From Immundisolibacter sp. (lineage in GTDB: Bacteria > Pseudomonadota > Gammaproteobacteria > Immundisolibacterales > Immundisolibacteraceae), in the NCBI RefSeq assembly GCF_050250495.1, contig NZ_JBFWOM010000004.1:22553-86552 (forward strand): a DNA stretch of 64,000 nucleotides, read 5' to 3'. Position 1 is the first letter of the stretch, and each line of letters starts with the position of its first letter. A program made the translations under genes and the position numbers. Below are positions 29,261 to 47,479 of this stretch, in pieces. The notes beneath the pieces were generated by a model, which worked only from the letters and a program-made list of their open reading frames with translations, did no database searches and had not been told where the DNA came from.

Positions 29261-30037
29261 TCAGCGGCCTCCGAACACGCCGGCCAGGCGTTGCGTCGCC
29301 TGCCCGAATATGCCGTCCCACTGGCCGGTCAACGCGGGCAGGGTCATCAGCACCACCAGCAGCCCCACCAGCAGCGACACCGGAAAGCCGACCGCGAACA
29401 GGTTCAGCTGCGGCGCGGCGCGGCTGACCACCGCGAACACCAGGTTCACCACCAGCAGCACCGTCACCGCCGGCAGCGCCACCAGCAGACCGAGCGCGAA
29501 CATGTCGGTGATGAAGCCGGCTACGGCGCGAAAGTCCGAAAATACGAGCCCCACCGGCCCCACCGGCAGCGTGGTGAAGCTGCGTGCCAGCAGCTCCAGC
29601 AACAGCAGATGGCCGTTGCCGGCCAGCATCAGCAGCAGCGCCAGCATCACGTAGAGCTGGGACAGGATCGGCACGCTGACGCCGTTTTGCGGGTCCACCA
29701 TGGACGCGAACCCGAGCCCCATGCCGAGCGACACCATCTCGCCGGCAAAGGTGAGCGCGGCCAGGAACAGTTGCAGCAGAAAGCCGCCCAGCACGCCGAT
29801 GCCGACCTGCTGAAGCGCAGTCATAAGCCCGAGCGGCGACAGAAAATCGACCGCCGGCATGGGCGGCAGGGTCGGCACCAGCAGCGCGGCCAGCGCCACG
29901 GCAATCGTGATGCGCACGCGCACCGGCACGCTGCGCGCGCCGAACAGCGGCGCCGCCAGCAAGAACGCCGACAGGCGCAGGAACGGCCACACGAACTGGC
30001 CGACCCAGGCACCGATGGCGGCGCTGTCGACGTCCAT
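29261..30037 (-). CDS. fliR: Flagellar export protein FliR
   Basis: Start at MDVDSAAIG. GLGFASMVDP, RAAPQLNLFAVGFP. Confidence 0.93.
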   Translation of the reverse strand: MDVDSAAIGAWVGQFVWPFLRLSAFLLAAPLFGARSVPVRVRITIAVALAALLVPTLPPMPAVDFLSPLGLMTALQQVGIGVLGGFLLQLFLAALTFAGEMVSLGMGLGFASMVDPQNGVSVPILSQLYVMLALLLMLAGNGHLLLLELLARSFTTLPVGPVGLVFSDFRAVAGFITDMFALGLLVALPAVTVLLVVNLVFAVVSRAAPQLNLFAVGFPVSLLVGLLVVLMTLPALTGQWDGIFGQATQRLAGVFGGR

Positions 30038-30306
30038 CAGCCGATCATTCCCGGAATGGAGGTCACCAGACGCTGCGTGTAGTCGACCAGCGTCTGCAGC
30101 AGCCACGGGCCGGTGATTACGAGAAGCACCGCCATCGCCGCGAGCTTCGGCACGAAGCTCAGCGTCATTTCGTTGATCTGCGTCGCCGCCTGCAGCATGC
30201 CGATCACGAGGCCCACCACCAGCATCGCCAGCAGCGGCCCACCGGCCAGCAGCAGACACATCCACAGCGCCTCGCGGCCGACGTCGAGCACGGTTTGCGG
30301 GGTCAT
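30037..30306 (-). CDS. fliQ: Flagellar export protein FliQ
   Basis: MTPQTV, GLVIGMLQAATQINEMTLSFVPK. Confidence 0.96.
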   Translation of the reverse strand: MTPQTVLDVGREALWMCLLLAGGPLLAMLVVGLVIGMLQAATQINEMTLSFVPKLAAMAVLLVITGPWLLQTLVDYTQRLVTSIPGMIG

Positions 30307-30313
30307 CGCGCGC

Positions 30314-31051
30314 TCACCGGTAAAAGCTGCCGGCGAGCGTGCCGAGCACCAGCGACCAGCCGTCGACCAGCACGAACAGCATGATCTTGAACGGCAGCGA
30401 GATGATCATCGGCGACAGCATCATCATGCCGAGCGACATCAGGACGCTGGCGACCACCAGATCGATGACCACGAACGGCACGAACAGCAGAAAGCCGATC
30501 TGAAAGGCGGTCTTGAGTTCGCTGGTCACGAACGCCGCCACCAGCAGCGTGAACGGCACCGCGTCCGGGCTCTCGAAGCTCGCGTCCTTGCCGGCGATGC
30601 GGGCAAAGGTGGCGATGTCGCTCTCGCGCGTCTGCGCGAGCATGAACTGCCGCAGCGGCGCGGCGGCCTTTTGCGCCGCGTCCGGCAGCGCGAGTTCTTC
30701 TTTCAGGTACGGCTGCAGCGCGTCGGTGTTGATGCGCTCCAGCACCGGCCCCATCACGAACAGCGTCAGCAGCAGCGCCAAGCCGGCCAGAATCTGCGCC
30801 GAGGGCGTCTGGCCGGTGCCGAGCGCCTGACGCAGGATGGCGAGCACGATCACGATGCGCGTGAACGACGTCATCGCCAGCAGCACGCCCGGCAGCAGCG
30901 TCAGGAACGTCATCACCGCCAGCACCTGCAGGCTCACGCTCCAGGTCTGGCCGCCACCGGCGGCCTGCGTCAGCGTGAGCGCCGGCAGGCCGGTCGCGGC
31001 GAGCGCCGACAGCGGCGCCAGCAAAATCAATCCGAGCGCGAGGCGCTTCAT
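30314..31051 (-). CDS. fliP: Flagellar export protein FliP
   Basis: [37 protein letters not shown]. Confidence 0.97.
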   Translation of the reverse strand: MKRLALGLILLAPLSALAATGLPALTLTQAAGGGQTWSVSLQVLAVMTFLTLLPGVLLAMTSFTRIVIVLAILRQALGTGQTPSAQILAGLALLLTLFVMGPVLERINTDALQPYLKEELALPDAAQKAAAPLRQFMLAQTRESDIATFARIAGKDASFESPDAVPFTLLVAAFVTSELKTAFQIGFLLFVPFVVIDLVVASVLMSLGMMMLSPMIISLPFKIMLFVLVDGWSLVLGTLAGSFYR

Positions 31052-31422
31052 GCCGCCCCCTGCGCGTTGCGGGCGTCGTCGAGCGCGGCGGCGAACGGCG
31101 CGGCATCCGCCTGCTCACCGATCACCAGCAGCGTCTGCACTCGGCCGGGCGCAACGCCGACCAGCACCTGCCGGCCGGCCACTTCCACCAGCACTGCCCG
31201 TTCGCGCGTGCCGAGGCTCTGCGCCGCCAGCACGCGGATGGCGCCGCTCGCCCCGCCGCGCACCTGCAGGCGCTTCAGCACCACGAACAGGCCGCCGATC
31301 AGCCCCACCACCAACAGCAGGCTGACCAGCATCTGCCCGCTCGCGGCCAGCGCTGCCGACCCCGACGGCACCGCCGCGATGGCCGGCAGCGGCGCGAACA
31401 GCAGGAGCGCCGCTGCGCGCAT
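31048..31422 (-). CDS. fliO: Flagellar protein FliO
   Basis: Start at MRAAALLL. One TM segment, then [20 protein letters not shown]; located between fliN and fliP. Confidence 0.88.
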   Translation of the reverse strand: MRAAALLLFAPLPAIAAVPSGSAALAASGQMLVSLLLVVGLIGGLFVVLKRLQVRGGASGAIRVLAAQSLGTRERAVLVEVAGRQVLVGVAPGRVQTLLVIGEQADAAPFAAALDDARNAQGAA

Positions 31423-31742
31423 CAAACAGCTCCCGCCGCGCGCGCCGCCGGGCTCACCACCTCGGTGAGGCGAATGCCGAACTTGTCCTCGACCACCACC
31501 ACTTCGCCGCGCGCCACCAGCGTTCCGTTGGCCAGCACGTCGAGCGGCTCGCCGGCCACGCGGTCGAGTTCCACCACCGCGCCCTGGCCGAGCGCCAGCA
31601 GGCGGCCGATGCTCATGCGCGCCTGGCCGACTTCCACCGTCAGCGTGATCGGGATGTCCATGATCATGCCAAGACCCATGTCGGCGCCGCCGCCCGGCAG
31701 CGCGGACGGGGCGTTCGCCCGTTGTTCCAGTTCGAGTTCCAT
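31422..31742 (-). CDS. fliN: Flagellar motor switch protein FliN
   Basis: IMDIPITLTVEVG, GEPLDVLANGTLVARGEVVVVEDKFGIR. Confidence 0.93.
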   Translation of the reverse strand: MELELEQRANAPSALPGGGADMGLGMIMDIPITLTVEVGQARMSIGRLLALGQGAVVELDRVAGEPLDVLANGTLVARGEVVVVEDKFGIRLTEVVSPAARAAGAV

Positions 31743-32734
31743 CAGACCCGCTCTCCTTCGTTGCCCGGCGCACCCTCAGCCGCGGGACGGCGCACGCGGC
31801 CCGTCACCGACACGGCGTTGTTGCCGTTGAAAACTCCAAATTCGCCCGCGAACAGCGGCTTGCCGGCGGCTTCGAGCAGGGCGCCGTCGCCGCGCTCGAA
31901 GGTCAGCACCTCGCCCACTTCCAGCGCCAGCACGCGCCGCAGCGTGGACTGCCGGCGCGCCACCACGGCCTTGAGCGGCAGCGGCGCGTCCATCACCCGC
32001 CCGCGCAATGCGGCGCGCCAGCCGCTGTCGTCCGGCACCGCCGCCGGAGTGCCCGCGCGCAGCGCCGGCCACACGCCCTGCAGGGCCGACATCGGCAGCG
32101 CCAGATGAAAATCGCCGCCGCCGCCGAGCAGCGCCACCTCGTAGCTCTGCACCAGCACCAGCTCGGCCGGGTCGATCAGGGACACCAGCAGCGGGTCCAC
32201 GTCGCTTGCCGCCACGGCCGGGGCGAGCGGCAGCACCGGCGCCCAGGCGGCCTGCAGCTCCGGCAGCAGCAGGTCGACCAGGTTGCCGAGCATGCGCCGC
32301 TCGGTCGGCGTCAAATCGCGGCTACCGGGCGGCGGCGACGCGCGCCCGCCGCCGAAAAAGCTCTCCACCACCGTGAACAGCAGCGCCGGCTCCAGCACCA
32401 GCACGCCAGACCCCGCCAGCGGGGCGATGTCGAGACCGCGCACGCTGGCGCGCTCCGGCAGGGAATGCACGAGATCCCGGTACTCGCGCGCCCGCGAGCC
32501 GCGCAGCGACACCAGCGTGTCGCGGCCGAGGTAGCGGGTCAGAGTGCGGGTGAGGCCTTCGCAGAAGTACTCGGTGATGCGCGTCAGCGCCGGCAGGTCG
32601 GCGCCATCCAGCACCGGCACGCGGCAGGTCAGGTCGTAGGGTTCGGCCGCGGCGCCGGTGGACGTGCGCGCCGCCGGCGCGGCATCCAGCAGCGCGCTCA
32701 GCTCGTCCTGCGACAGCAGCTCGTCGCGCGCCAT
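31742..32734 (-). CDS. fliM: Flagellar motor switch protein FliM
   Basis: Start at MARDELLSQDELSALL (LSQxE motif). YDL, VESFFGG, C-terminal SpoA-like domain. Confidence 0.9.
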   Translation of the reverse strand: MARDELLSQDELSALLDAAPAARTSTGAAAEPYDLTCRVPVLDGADLPALTRITEYFCEGLTRTLTRYLGRDTLVSLRGSRAREYRDLVHSLPERASVRGLDIAPLAGSGVLVLEPALLFTVVESFFGGGRASPPPGSRDLTPTERRMLGNLVDLLLPELQAAWAPVLPLAPAVAASDVDPLLVSLIDPAELVLVQSYEVALLGGGGDFHLALPMSALQGVWPALRAGTPAAVPDDSGWRAALRGRVMDAPLPLKAVVARRQSTLRRVLALEVGEVLTFERGDGALLEAAGKPLFAGEFGVFNGNNAVSVTGRVRRPAAEGAPGNEGERV

Positions 32735-33243
32735 CACTGCATCACGAAATTGGTGAAGTACAGGCCGTCGATCTTGCTCGAACCGCCCTGCTTCTTGAGG
32801 ATGCCCTTGACAGTGTCGAGCGCCTTGGCACGCAGCGCGTCCTTGCCCTCTCGGCTGCTGAGCGTGGCGTAGTCGACGTCGCTGAACAACATGATCAGCT
32901 GGTCGCGGATGGCTGGCATGTGCAACTTGATGGCTTCCGCCACCTTCGGGTCGCGGCTGCTCACCTCGACCGAGACTTGCAGAAAGCGGATGGTGCCGTC
33001 GTCCTCGAAATTGACCACGAAGGGCGGTTCGAGGGGCGTGTAGACGGGTGGCGCCACCACCTTCTCGGCCTTGGCGTGCTTGGCGTCGGCCGGCTCGGCC
33101 TTGCCGCCCAGCAGGTACACCGTACCGCCGATGGTGGCGGCGATCAGGGCCAGCGCACCGCCGCCGATCATCAGCCAGGGTTTCTTGCCGCCCTTCTTCG
33201 GCGCGTCGCCGCCGAGGTCCAGATCCGCTTCCCGAGTCGCCAT
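32734..33243 (-). CDS. fliL: Flagellar basal body protein FliL
   Basis: N-terminal TM, PFVVNF, RFLQVSV, IRDQLIMLFS, LYFTNFVMQ. Confidence 0.93.
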   Translation of the reverse strand: MATREADLDLGGDAPKKGGKKPWLMIGGGALALIAATIGGTVYLLGGKAEPADAKHAKAEKVVAPPVYTPLEPPFVVNFEDDGTIRFLQVSVEVSSRDPKVAEAIKLHMPAIRDQLIMLFSDVDYATLSSREGKDALRAKALDTVKGILKKQGGSSKIDGLYFTNFVMQ

Positions 33244-33281
33244 GCCTGATCCGCTCCTGTGTGAGGATTCGGCGGGGCCAA

Positions 33282-33297
33282 AGCAAGCGGGATGCCA
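33282..33297 (-). promoter_or_regulatory. Sigma54 (-24/-12) promoter of the fliL operon
   Basis: The minus strand reads TGGCATCCCGCTTGCT (GG-N10-GC), 38 nt upstream of fliL, with an AT-rich tract at 33298-33340 just upstream. Confidence 0.8.
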
Positions 33298-33425
33298 GAT
33301 TATTTTTAGCTTTATTTCATGATGTTAGAAATAAATGACGCGGCATTTGCCATTTCGCAGGCACGTCACGGCCCGGAACGGCGGCGGATCGACGGGAATT
33401 TGACGGCGTGCCCGGCCGCCGCCCG

Positions 33426-35381
33426 TCAGCTTCGCCGCCGCTCGCGCGCGGCCGGAAACAGACCCGCGAATTGCCCGACGGCGTCCGGGTTGGCGAGCGC
33501 GTCCAGGTTCTTCACCGGCCGGCCGTGGATGGCCTCGCGCACGGCCAGTTCCGCGATCTTGCCGCTGATGGTGCGCGGGATGTCCGGCACGGCAATGATG
33601 TGCGCCGGCACGTGACGCGGGCTGACGTTGCTGCGGATGGCGTCGCGAAGACGCTTTTGCAGCGCCTCGTCCAGCGCCACGCCCGCGGCGAGGCGCACGA
33701 ACAGCACCACCTCCACGTCGTCGCCGATGTCGTGGCCGACGGCCACCGCCTCCAGCACCTCCGGGTGACGTTCGACCTCCCGGTACAGCTCGGCGGTGCC
33801 GATGCGCACCCCGCCGGGATTGAGCACCGCGTCCGAGCGGCCGTACACCACCATGCCGCCGCGGGCGTTCAGCGCCACGTAGTCACCGTGGCACCACACG
33901 CCGGGGAATTTCTCGAAGTACGCCGCCCGGTAACGGGCACCGTCCGGGTCGTTCCAGAACCCGACCGGCATGGACGGGAACGGCTGCACACACACGAGCT
34001 CGCCCTTCTCGCCGAGCAGCTCGCGGCCGGCCTCGTCGTACACGCGCACCGCCATGCCGAGCGCGCGCGCCTGCAACTCGCCGCGGTACACCGGGCCGAT
34101 CGGGTTGCCGGCGATGAAGCAGCCGCAGATGTCCGTGCCGCCGCTGACGGACGCCAGCAGCAGGTCGGCCTTGATGTCGCGGTACACGTAGTCGAAGCCC
34201 TCCGGCGCCAGCGGCGAACCGGTCGACAGCAGCGTGCGCACGGCGGTGAGATCGTGGCTGCGCATGGGCCGCACGCCGGCCTTCTCGGCCGCCGCCAGAT
34301 ACTTGGCGCTGGTGCCGAACACCGTCACCCGCTCCTGCTCTGCGATGTCGAACAGCTCCGCCGGGCGCACGAACGGCGCGCCGTCGTACAGCACCAGCGT
34401 GCAGCCCACGGCGAGCGCGCTCGCCAGCCAGTTCCACATCATCCAGCCGGTGGTGGTGAAGTAGATGAGGCGATCGTCGCGCTTCAGGTCCGTGTGCAGC
34501 ACGTGCTCCTTCTGATGCTGCAACAGCGTGCCGCCGGCGCCGTGCACGATGCCCTTCGGCACGCCCGTGGTGCCGGACGAATACAGCACGTACAGCGGGT
34601 GGTCGAACGGCAGCGGCGTGAAGGCCGGCGCCGTACCAGCGTGCTGCGCCAGCAGCGCATCCCAGTCGTGCAGCAGGACCGGAGCGTCCACGACGCGCCA
34701 CGGCCCGTACGGCACCGCCACCACGTGCTCGGCCGTCGGGAGACCCGCCAGGATTTCCGCCACCGCCGCGCGGCGGTCCTGCGGCTTGCCGTTGTAGTGA
34801 TACCCGCCGCACACGAACACCACCTTGGGCGCGATCTGCCCGAAGCGGTCCAGCACTGCCCGCGCGCCGAAATCCGGCGAGCAGGACGACCACACCGCAC
34901 CCAGACTCGCCGCCGCCAGCATGGCGACCATCGCCTCCGGAATGTTCGGCAGGTAACCCGCCACCCGGTCGCCCGGCTGCACGCCGAAAGCGCGCAGCGC
35001 CGCCGTCATGGCACCCACCTGCGCCGCGAGCTCGGCATAACTCAGCTCGCGCCGCGTGCCGGTCTCGTCGCGGAACACCAGCGCCGGGTGGTCGTCCCGG
35101 TACCGCAGCAGGTTCTCGGCAAAGTTGAGCGTGGCGCCCACGAACCAGCGCGCGCCCGGCATCCGGCGCGCATCCTCCAGCACCGCCCGCGGCGGGGCGT
35201 GGTGCACGATGCCGCAGAACTCCCACACCGCCTGCCAGAACGCCGCCGGCTGCGCCACCGACCAGTCGTAGAGCTGCGCGTAATCCGCCCCCGGCCGGTA
35301 GCGGGCGATGAAAGCACTGAGATTCGCGTCCGCAATGCGTTGTGCGGACGGCTGCCACAGGGGGGTGTCGGTGTCGGTCAT
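33426..35381 (-). CDS. Acetoacetate--CoA ligase
   Basis: Start at [74 protein letters not shown]. Confidence 0.92.
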   Translation of the reverse strand: MTDTDTPLWQPSAQRIADANLSAFIARYRPGADYAQLYDWSVAQPAAFWQAVWEFCGIVHHAPPRAVLEDARRMPGARWFVGATLNFAENLLRYRDDHPALVFRDETGTRRELSYAELAAQVGAMTAALRAFGVQPGDRVAGYLPNIPEAMVAMLAAASLGAVWSSCSPDFGARAVLDRFGQIAPKVVFVCGGYHYNGKPQDRRAAVAEILAGLPTAEHVVAVPYGPWRVVDAPVLLHDWDALLAQHAGTAPAFTPLPFDHPLYVLYSSGTTGVPKGIVHGAGGTLLQHQKEHVLHTDLKRDDRLIYFTTTGWMMWNWLASALAVGCTLVLYDGAPFVRPAELFDIAEQERVTVFGTSAKYLAAAEKAGVRPMRSHDLTAVRTLLSTGSPLAPEGFDYVYRDIKADLLLASVSGGTDICGCFIAGNPIGPVYRGELQARALGMAVRVYDEAGRELLGEKGELVCVQPFPSMPVGFWNDPDGARYRAAYFEKFPGVWCHGDYVALNARGGMVVYGRSDAVLNPGGVRIGTAELYREVERHPEVLEAVAVGHDIGDDVEVVLFVRLAAGVALDEALQKRLRDAIRSNVSPRHVPAHIIAVPDIPRTISGKIAELAVREAIHGRPVKNLDALANPDAVGQFAGLFPAARERRRS

Positions 35382-35453
35382 AAAGAGATCCAGAAACGAC
35401 AACGCCCGCGCTTTCAACCGAAAACGCGGGCGCCGGGTGTCAGCGGGAAAGCG

Positions 35454-35690
35454 TCAAAGCGCGCGGTGCGAACCGTCGCAGAACGGCGGCGTCTTGGTGT
35501 GCTTGCAGCCGCACCAGGCCAGCGTCGCCTTCTCCGTCACCGCGTGCTCCAACGGCACGAACGCCGTGCCCTTGTGCGCGCCGTCGCAGAACGGCTGGTC
35601 GCCGGACTTGCCGCAGGCGCACCACCAGTAGGTGCCGGGCTCGGTTTCCTCGACGAAAGGGCTCTTCTGGGCAATCTGCGGATCGGCCAT
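35454..35690 (-). CDS. CDGSH iron-sulfur domain protein (two CDGSH motifs)
   Basis: [17 protein letters not shown] and [17 protein letters not shown]. Confidence 0.92.
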   Translation of the reverse strand: MADPQIAQKSPFVEETEPGTYWWCACGKSGDQPFCDGAHKGTAFVPLEHAVTEKATLAWCGCKHTKTPPFCDGSHRAL

Positions 35691-35826
35691 CGGTTTCTCC
35701 TTCTGGTGGCGTTGTGCCGCGCGGCGCGCGCGGCGGCCATCAAACACCGCGCCGCGCGGGCGTGTCAACGTGAGGCGCTGGCACAATCCCGGCCCGCATC
35801 GTCTTGAAAAAGGCAGCCCCTCGAAG

Positions 35827-39177
<3,351 letters not shown>

Positions 39178-39178
<1 letters not shown>

Positions 39179-40587
39179 TGAGCACGACGCCGCAACAGAT
39201 CGACCTCTGGCGGCAGACTCCGTCCGAGCACCAACGGCTGGAGTTCAAGGAGGCAAAGCAGCAGTTCGACACCCGCAAGCTGAACGAATACTGCGTTGCG
39301 CTCGCCAACGAGGGCGGGGGCGTACTGCTGCTCGGCGTGGCCGACAAGCCGCCGCGCCCGGTCGTGGGCACGCAGGCGTTTCCGAACATCGTCGATGCCG
39401 CCGAGAAGCTCTTCCAGGCGGTCGGTTTCCGGGTGGACATCGAGGCGGTGGCGCATCCTGACGGGCGCGTGCTCGTCTTCCACATTCCTTCGCGGCCCCG
39501 CGGTACGGCCTACCACTGCGACGGCAAGTACCTGATGCGTGCCGGTGAGGCGCTGGTTCCGATGAGCGAGGACCAGTTGCGCCGCATCTTCGCCGAGGGC
39601 CAGCCCGACTGGCTCGAGGAGCCTTCGCGCACCGGCCTCGACGGGCAGCAGGTCGTGGAGCTACTGGATACGCAGACATTCTTCGAGCTGCTAAAGCTGC
39701 CGTACCCGACCGAACGGACTGGAGTGCTGGACCGCCTGGTGCGCGAACGGCTCGTGGACGAGGCTGCCGGTACCTACACCGTCCGCCGGCTCGGCGCGCT
39801 GCTGCTGGCGCGGCGCCTGGAGGACTTTCCGGATGTTTCGCGCAAGGCGCCCCGCGTGATTGTGTACACCGGCACGTCCAAGCTGGCGACGAAGCTGGAC
39901 CAGACGGGCACCCGCGGCTACGCGGTGGGCTTCCAGGGGCTTGTGCGCTTTGTCATGGCGCAGTTGCCGCAGAACGAGGTGATCGAGGACGCGCTGCGCA
40001 AAGAGGTCAAGCTGGTGCCGGACGTGGTGATCCGTGAACTGGTAGCCAACGCGCTGATCCACCAGGATTTTATGGTGGTCGGTGCGTCGGCGATGATCGA
40101 GGTCTACAGCAACCGCGTCGAGATTTCGAACCCCGGCGAACCGCTGGTGCCGCTTGAACGCTTCATCGACGGCTACCAGTCGCGGAACGAACGGCTAGCG
40201 GACGTGATGCGCCGCATGGGCATTTGCGAGGAAAAGAGCAGCGGCATTGACCGCGTGGTGCAGGCGGCCGAGGTGTACCAGTTGCCGGCGCCGGACTTCC
40301 GTTCGGGCTTTCGACGCACGACGGTGACGATCTATGGGCCGCGCCCGTTTGAGGAGATGGACCGGAACGACCGAGTGCGCGCCTGCTACCAGCACTGCGC
40401 GCTCAAGTGGGTGATGTCGGAGCGCATGACCAACCAGTCGCTGCGTGAACGGTTTCACCTCGGCGACGACAAGGCGGCCATTGCCTCCCAAGTGATCGCC
40501 GCCACGACCGAAGCCGGGCTGATCAAGGCGGACGAGAGCGTCGGCGGCTCCCGTAAGTTCGCCCGCTACCTGCCGTTCTGGGCATGA
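39178..40587 (+). CDS. Schlafen/AlbA_2 domain + ATP-binding (HATPase_c_4-like) protein
   Basis: EHQRLEFKEAK, YCVALANEGGGVLLLGVAD (AlbA_2), RELVANALIHQDF, IEVYSNRVEISNPG, SRNERLA..MRRMGICEEKSSGID; C-terminal HTH-like region. Confidence 0.85.
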
Positions 40588-40697
40588 GGTTTATTTAATG
40601 GACAGGTCGGCGAGCCGGCATTCAGTCGGTCTTAAAGTCTGTGAATCAGATGGTTATTTATTTAAGGCTTTCCCCATCCGAGGAGGCCGATAAGCCG

Positions 40698-40828
40698 ATG
40701 AGCCCGTTTGTCGGCTGCGTTTTTGAACAGGCTGCGTCGACCTCGTTTGAGGCGACAGGCTGGCGAGTTCGCTGCGCCGCCGAGGGCGCCCTCGGCGGCG
40801 GCGCCGCGAGCCTGGTCGGGAGAAACGT

Positions 40829-40832
<4 letters not shown>
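40698..40832 (+). pseudogene. Degenerate duplicate of the hsdR 5' end (44-codon relic)
   Basis: MSPFVGCVFEQAASTSFEATGWRVRCAAEGALGGGAA versus Hsd[38 protein letters not shown]: 20/37 identical by hand alignment, no gaps. AGGAGG RBS at 40681. Confidence 0.7.
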
Positions 40833-45009
<4,177 letters not shown>

Positions 45010-45037
45010 CCCCACCCAGCCGGCACAATGCCGCGCC

Positions 45038-46060
45038 ATGAACGCCGCCTGCGCCTCACCCTCCCCCGCCCCGCTGTCGCGCCGTCTGTCCGTAGCGCCG
45101 ATGATGGACTGGACCGACCGCCACGCGCGGTTTCTGCATCGGCTGATTTCGCGCTGCACGCTGCTGTACACGGAGATGGTCACCGCCCAGGCGCTGCTGC
45201 GCGGCGACCCGGATTACCTGCTCGCCTACAGCCCGGCCGAGCACCCGGTTGCGCTGCAACTGGGCGGCAGTGACCCCGCGCAGTTGGCGCAGGCGGCGCG
45301 CATCGGGGTGGACTTCGGCTATGACGAGATCAACCTCAACGTCGGCTGCCCGTCGGACCGGGTGCAGTCCGGCCGCTTCGGAGCGTGCCTGATGGCGGAA
45401 CCCGCGCTGGTCGGCGACTGCGTGGCGGCCATGCAGGCGGCAGTCGCGGTGCCCGTGACGGTGAAATGCCGCATCGGTATCGACCGCACGGACCGCGACG
45501 AGGATTTGTTCGACTTTGTCGATATTGTCGCCGCGGCCGGCGCCCGGCACTTCACCGTGCACGCGCGCAAGGCCTGGCTGGATGGGCTGTCGCCGCGGGA
45601 GAACCGCGAGATTCCGCCGCTGCGGTACGAAACGGTGTATCGCCTGAAGCGCCTGCGGCCGGAACTCGAAATCGTCATCAACGGCGGCGTTACCGATCTC
45701 GACCAGGCGCTGGCGCACCTCCGGCACGTGGACGGCGTGATGATCGGCCGCGCGGCGTATCACTCGCCCTGGCTGCTGGCGGATGTAGACCGGCGCGTCT
45801 TTGGCGCTGCCACGCCGCTACCCGAGCGCGCGCAGGTGCTCTCACAGTATGTCGAGTACATGGACCGCGAGCTCGCCGCCGGCACGCCGATCACGGCATT
45901 GGTGCGGCCATTGCTCGGGCTGTTCCAGGGCGAGCCCGGCGCGCGCGCATGGCGGCGCACGCTGAGCACGCCGGACGCGGCGCGCGATCTGGAGCGCGTG
46001 CGCGCCGCCGCGCGGCACGTGCTGGAGCACGGCGAGCCGGCGCGGGCGCCGGCCGCCTGA
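45038..46060 (+). CDS. dusA: tRNA-dihydrouridine(20/20a) synthase
   Basis: [76 protein letters not shown]. Confidence 0.96.
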   Translation: MNAACASPSPAPLSRRLSVAPMMDWTDRHARFLHRLISRCTLLYTEMVTAQALLRGDPDYLLAYSPAEHPVALQLGGSDPAQLAQAARIGVDFGYDEINLNVGCPSDRVQSGRFGACLMAEPALVGDCVAAMQAAVAVPVTVKCRIGIDRTDRDEDLFDFVDIVAAAGARHFTVHARKAWLDGLSPRENREIPPLRYETVYRLKRLRPELEIVINGGVTDLDQALAHLRHVDGVMIGRAAYHSPWLLADVDRRVFGAATPLPERAQVLSQYVEYMDRELAAGTPITALVRPLLGLFQGEPGARAWRRTLSTPDAARDLERVRAAARHVLEHGEPARAPAA

Positions 46061-46069
46061 GGCAAATCC

Positions 46070-46191
46070 TTCGGCCCGAGGGCGGGCCTCCCACAGCAGG
46101 CTCCGCACCGTATTCGGCGCCCCGTGGGAGCGGCGCCCTCGCCGCGAATGGTTCTGCCCACACGATTCGGCCCCGGGGGCGGGCCTCCCAC
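46070..46191. repeat. BIME-like cluster of three alternating REP units (A-rev, B-fwd, A-rev)
   Basis: 46070-46094, 46124-46148 and 46166-46191 match the units at 6316 and 19961. Confidence 0.82.
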
Positions 46192-46214
46192 AAGGAGGCC
46201 GATGTAGCCGCGCC

Positions 46215-47408
46215 TCAGATCAGGCCGTGCTCGATGTCCTGCCCCAGGCGAATCTGGCCGTACAGCTCGCCCATGTTGTCGAGGTTCATGCCGGCGTGGC
46301 TGTTGACGGCGTGCACGTCGCGCCAGCAGCGCTGGATGACGTTGCCCTCGTGCAGGGCGCTGCCGCCGCTGGCCACGATCAGGCGCTCGACCGCGCGCGT
46401 CAGCAGCGTGGTGGCATAGGCGCCCTCGAACAGCGGGCGGGCGCGCAGTGACTTGGTGGTCGGCTGGCCGGCGACAGCGAGCTCCTTGAAGGCGTCGCAG
46501 TTGCGCTTCAGCAGCAAGCCGGCGGCGTCGATCTCGGCGGATGCTTCCACCAGCCGCAGCAGCGCGGTCGATTTCTCGCCCTGCTTGCCGCCGCCGAACA
46601 CCATCATGCGCGACTTCATGCGCTCTTCGAAGCCGTCGAGCGCGGCCTGCGCGGCGCCCCAGGCGGGCGCGATCAGTGAGCACACCGAGGCCGGAAAAAA
46701 CGGCTGCCGGTACAGCGGACCTGAGTTGATCTCGCGCCCCGGCGCGATGTCCTGCGACACCTTGGTCAGCGAGAACATGCGGTGCGTCGGCACGAAGCAG
46801 TGCTCGATGCTGATGTCCTTGCTGCCGGTGCCCTTGAGCGCCACCACGTCCCAGCTGTCGTGGTGAATGCGGTAATCGCCCTGCGGCACCACGCACTGGA
46901 AGTACTCCGGCGGGCCGCCGGCCGCGTCCGGCACCAGCACGCCGACCAGCGCGAAGCGCGCGTGATCGCAGCCGCTCGCAAACGGCCAGCGGCCGTCGCG
47001 AATCTCGATGCCGCCCGCCACCTGCGTGACCGTGCCGGACGGCACGAACGGCGTGCAGGTCTGCGTGTTGTCGTCCTCGCCCCAGATGTCCTGCTGCGCC
47101 TGCGGCGGGAAGTAGCCCAGATAAAAATTGTGGATCGCCAGGATGGCCAGCACCCAGGCGCTGGAACAACAGCCGCTGCGGCCGATCTCGCGCGTGACTT
47201 CGAGCAGCGTGTACATGTCGTGCTCGTAGCCGCCAAAGCGCTTCGGCTGCAGGATGCGGAAGAAGCCGGCGTCGCGGAACTCGGCAAAGCTCGCGTCCGG
47301 CAGGCGGCCCAGGCGCTCGCAGTCGAGCGCGCGTTTGGCGATCACCGGGGCGAGATCACGGGCGCGGCCGACGAGTTCCTCGGCGCTCGGGATGGGGGAA
47401 TTGGACAT
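46215..47408 (-). CDS. Flavin-dependent monooxygenase oxygenase component, acyl-CoA dehydrogenase fold (HsaA / HpaH-C2-like)
   Basis: RILQPKRFGGYE, SSAWV, GRWPFASGCDHA, WDVVALKGTGSKDI, IQRCWRDVHA...H. Confidence 0.88.
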   Translation of the reverse strand: MSNSPIPSAEELVGRARDLAPVIAKRALDCERLGRLPDASFAEFRDAGFFRILQPKRFGGYEHDMYTLLEVTREIGRSGCCSSAWVLAILAIHNFYLGYFPPQAQQDIWGEDDNTQTCTPFVPSGTVTQVAGGIEIRDGRWPFASGCDHARFALVGVLVPDAAGGPPEYFQCVVPQGDYRIHHDSWDVVALKGTGSKDISIEHCFVPTHRMFSLTKVSQDIAPGREINSGPLYRQPFFPASVCSLIAPAWGAAQAALDGFEERMKSRMMVFGGGKQGEKSTALLRLVEASAEIDAAGLLLKRNCDAFKELAVAGQPTTKSLRARPLFEGAYATTLLTRAVERLIVASGGSALHEGNVIQRCWRDVHAVNSHAGMNLDNMGELYGQIRLGQDIEHGLI

Positions 47409-47479
47409 GCAAGTCTCCGTGCGGGCCGCCGTACCGGCGGCCGAAAGTTGAATCGATAAAGCGCCCGACCGGCGGCCGC

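Noticed and set aside
45054-45072. CCTCACCCTCCCCCGCCCC at the dusA 5' end, resembling the tail of the hsd-embedded repeat
   Set aside because: It has no GGGAGAGGG arm, so no hairpin; a short C-rich match is expected by chance at this GC content.
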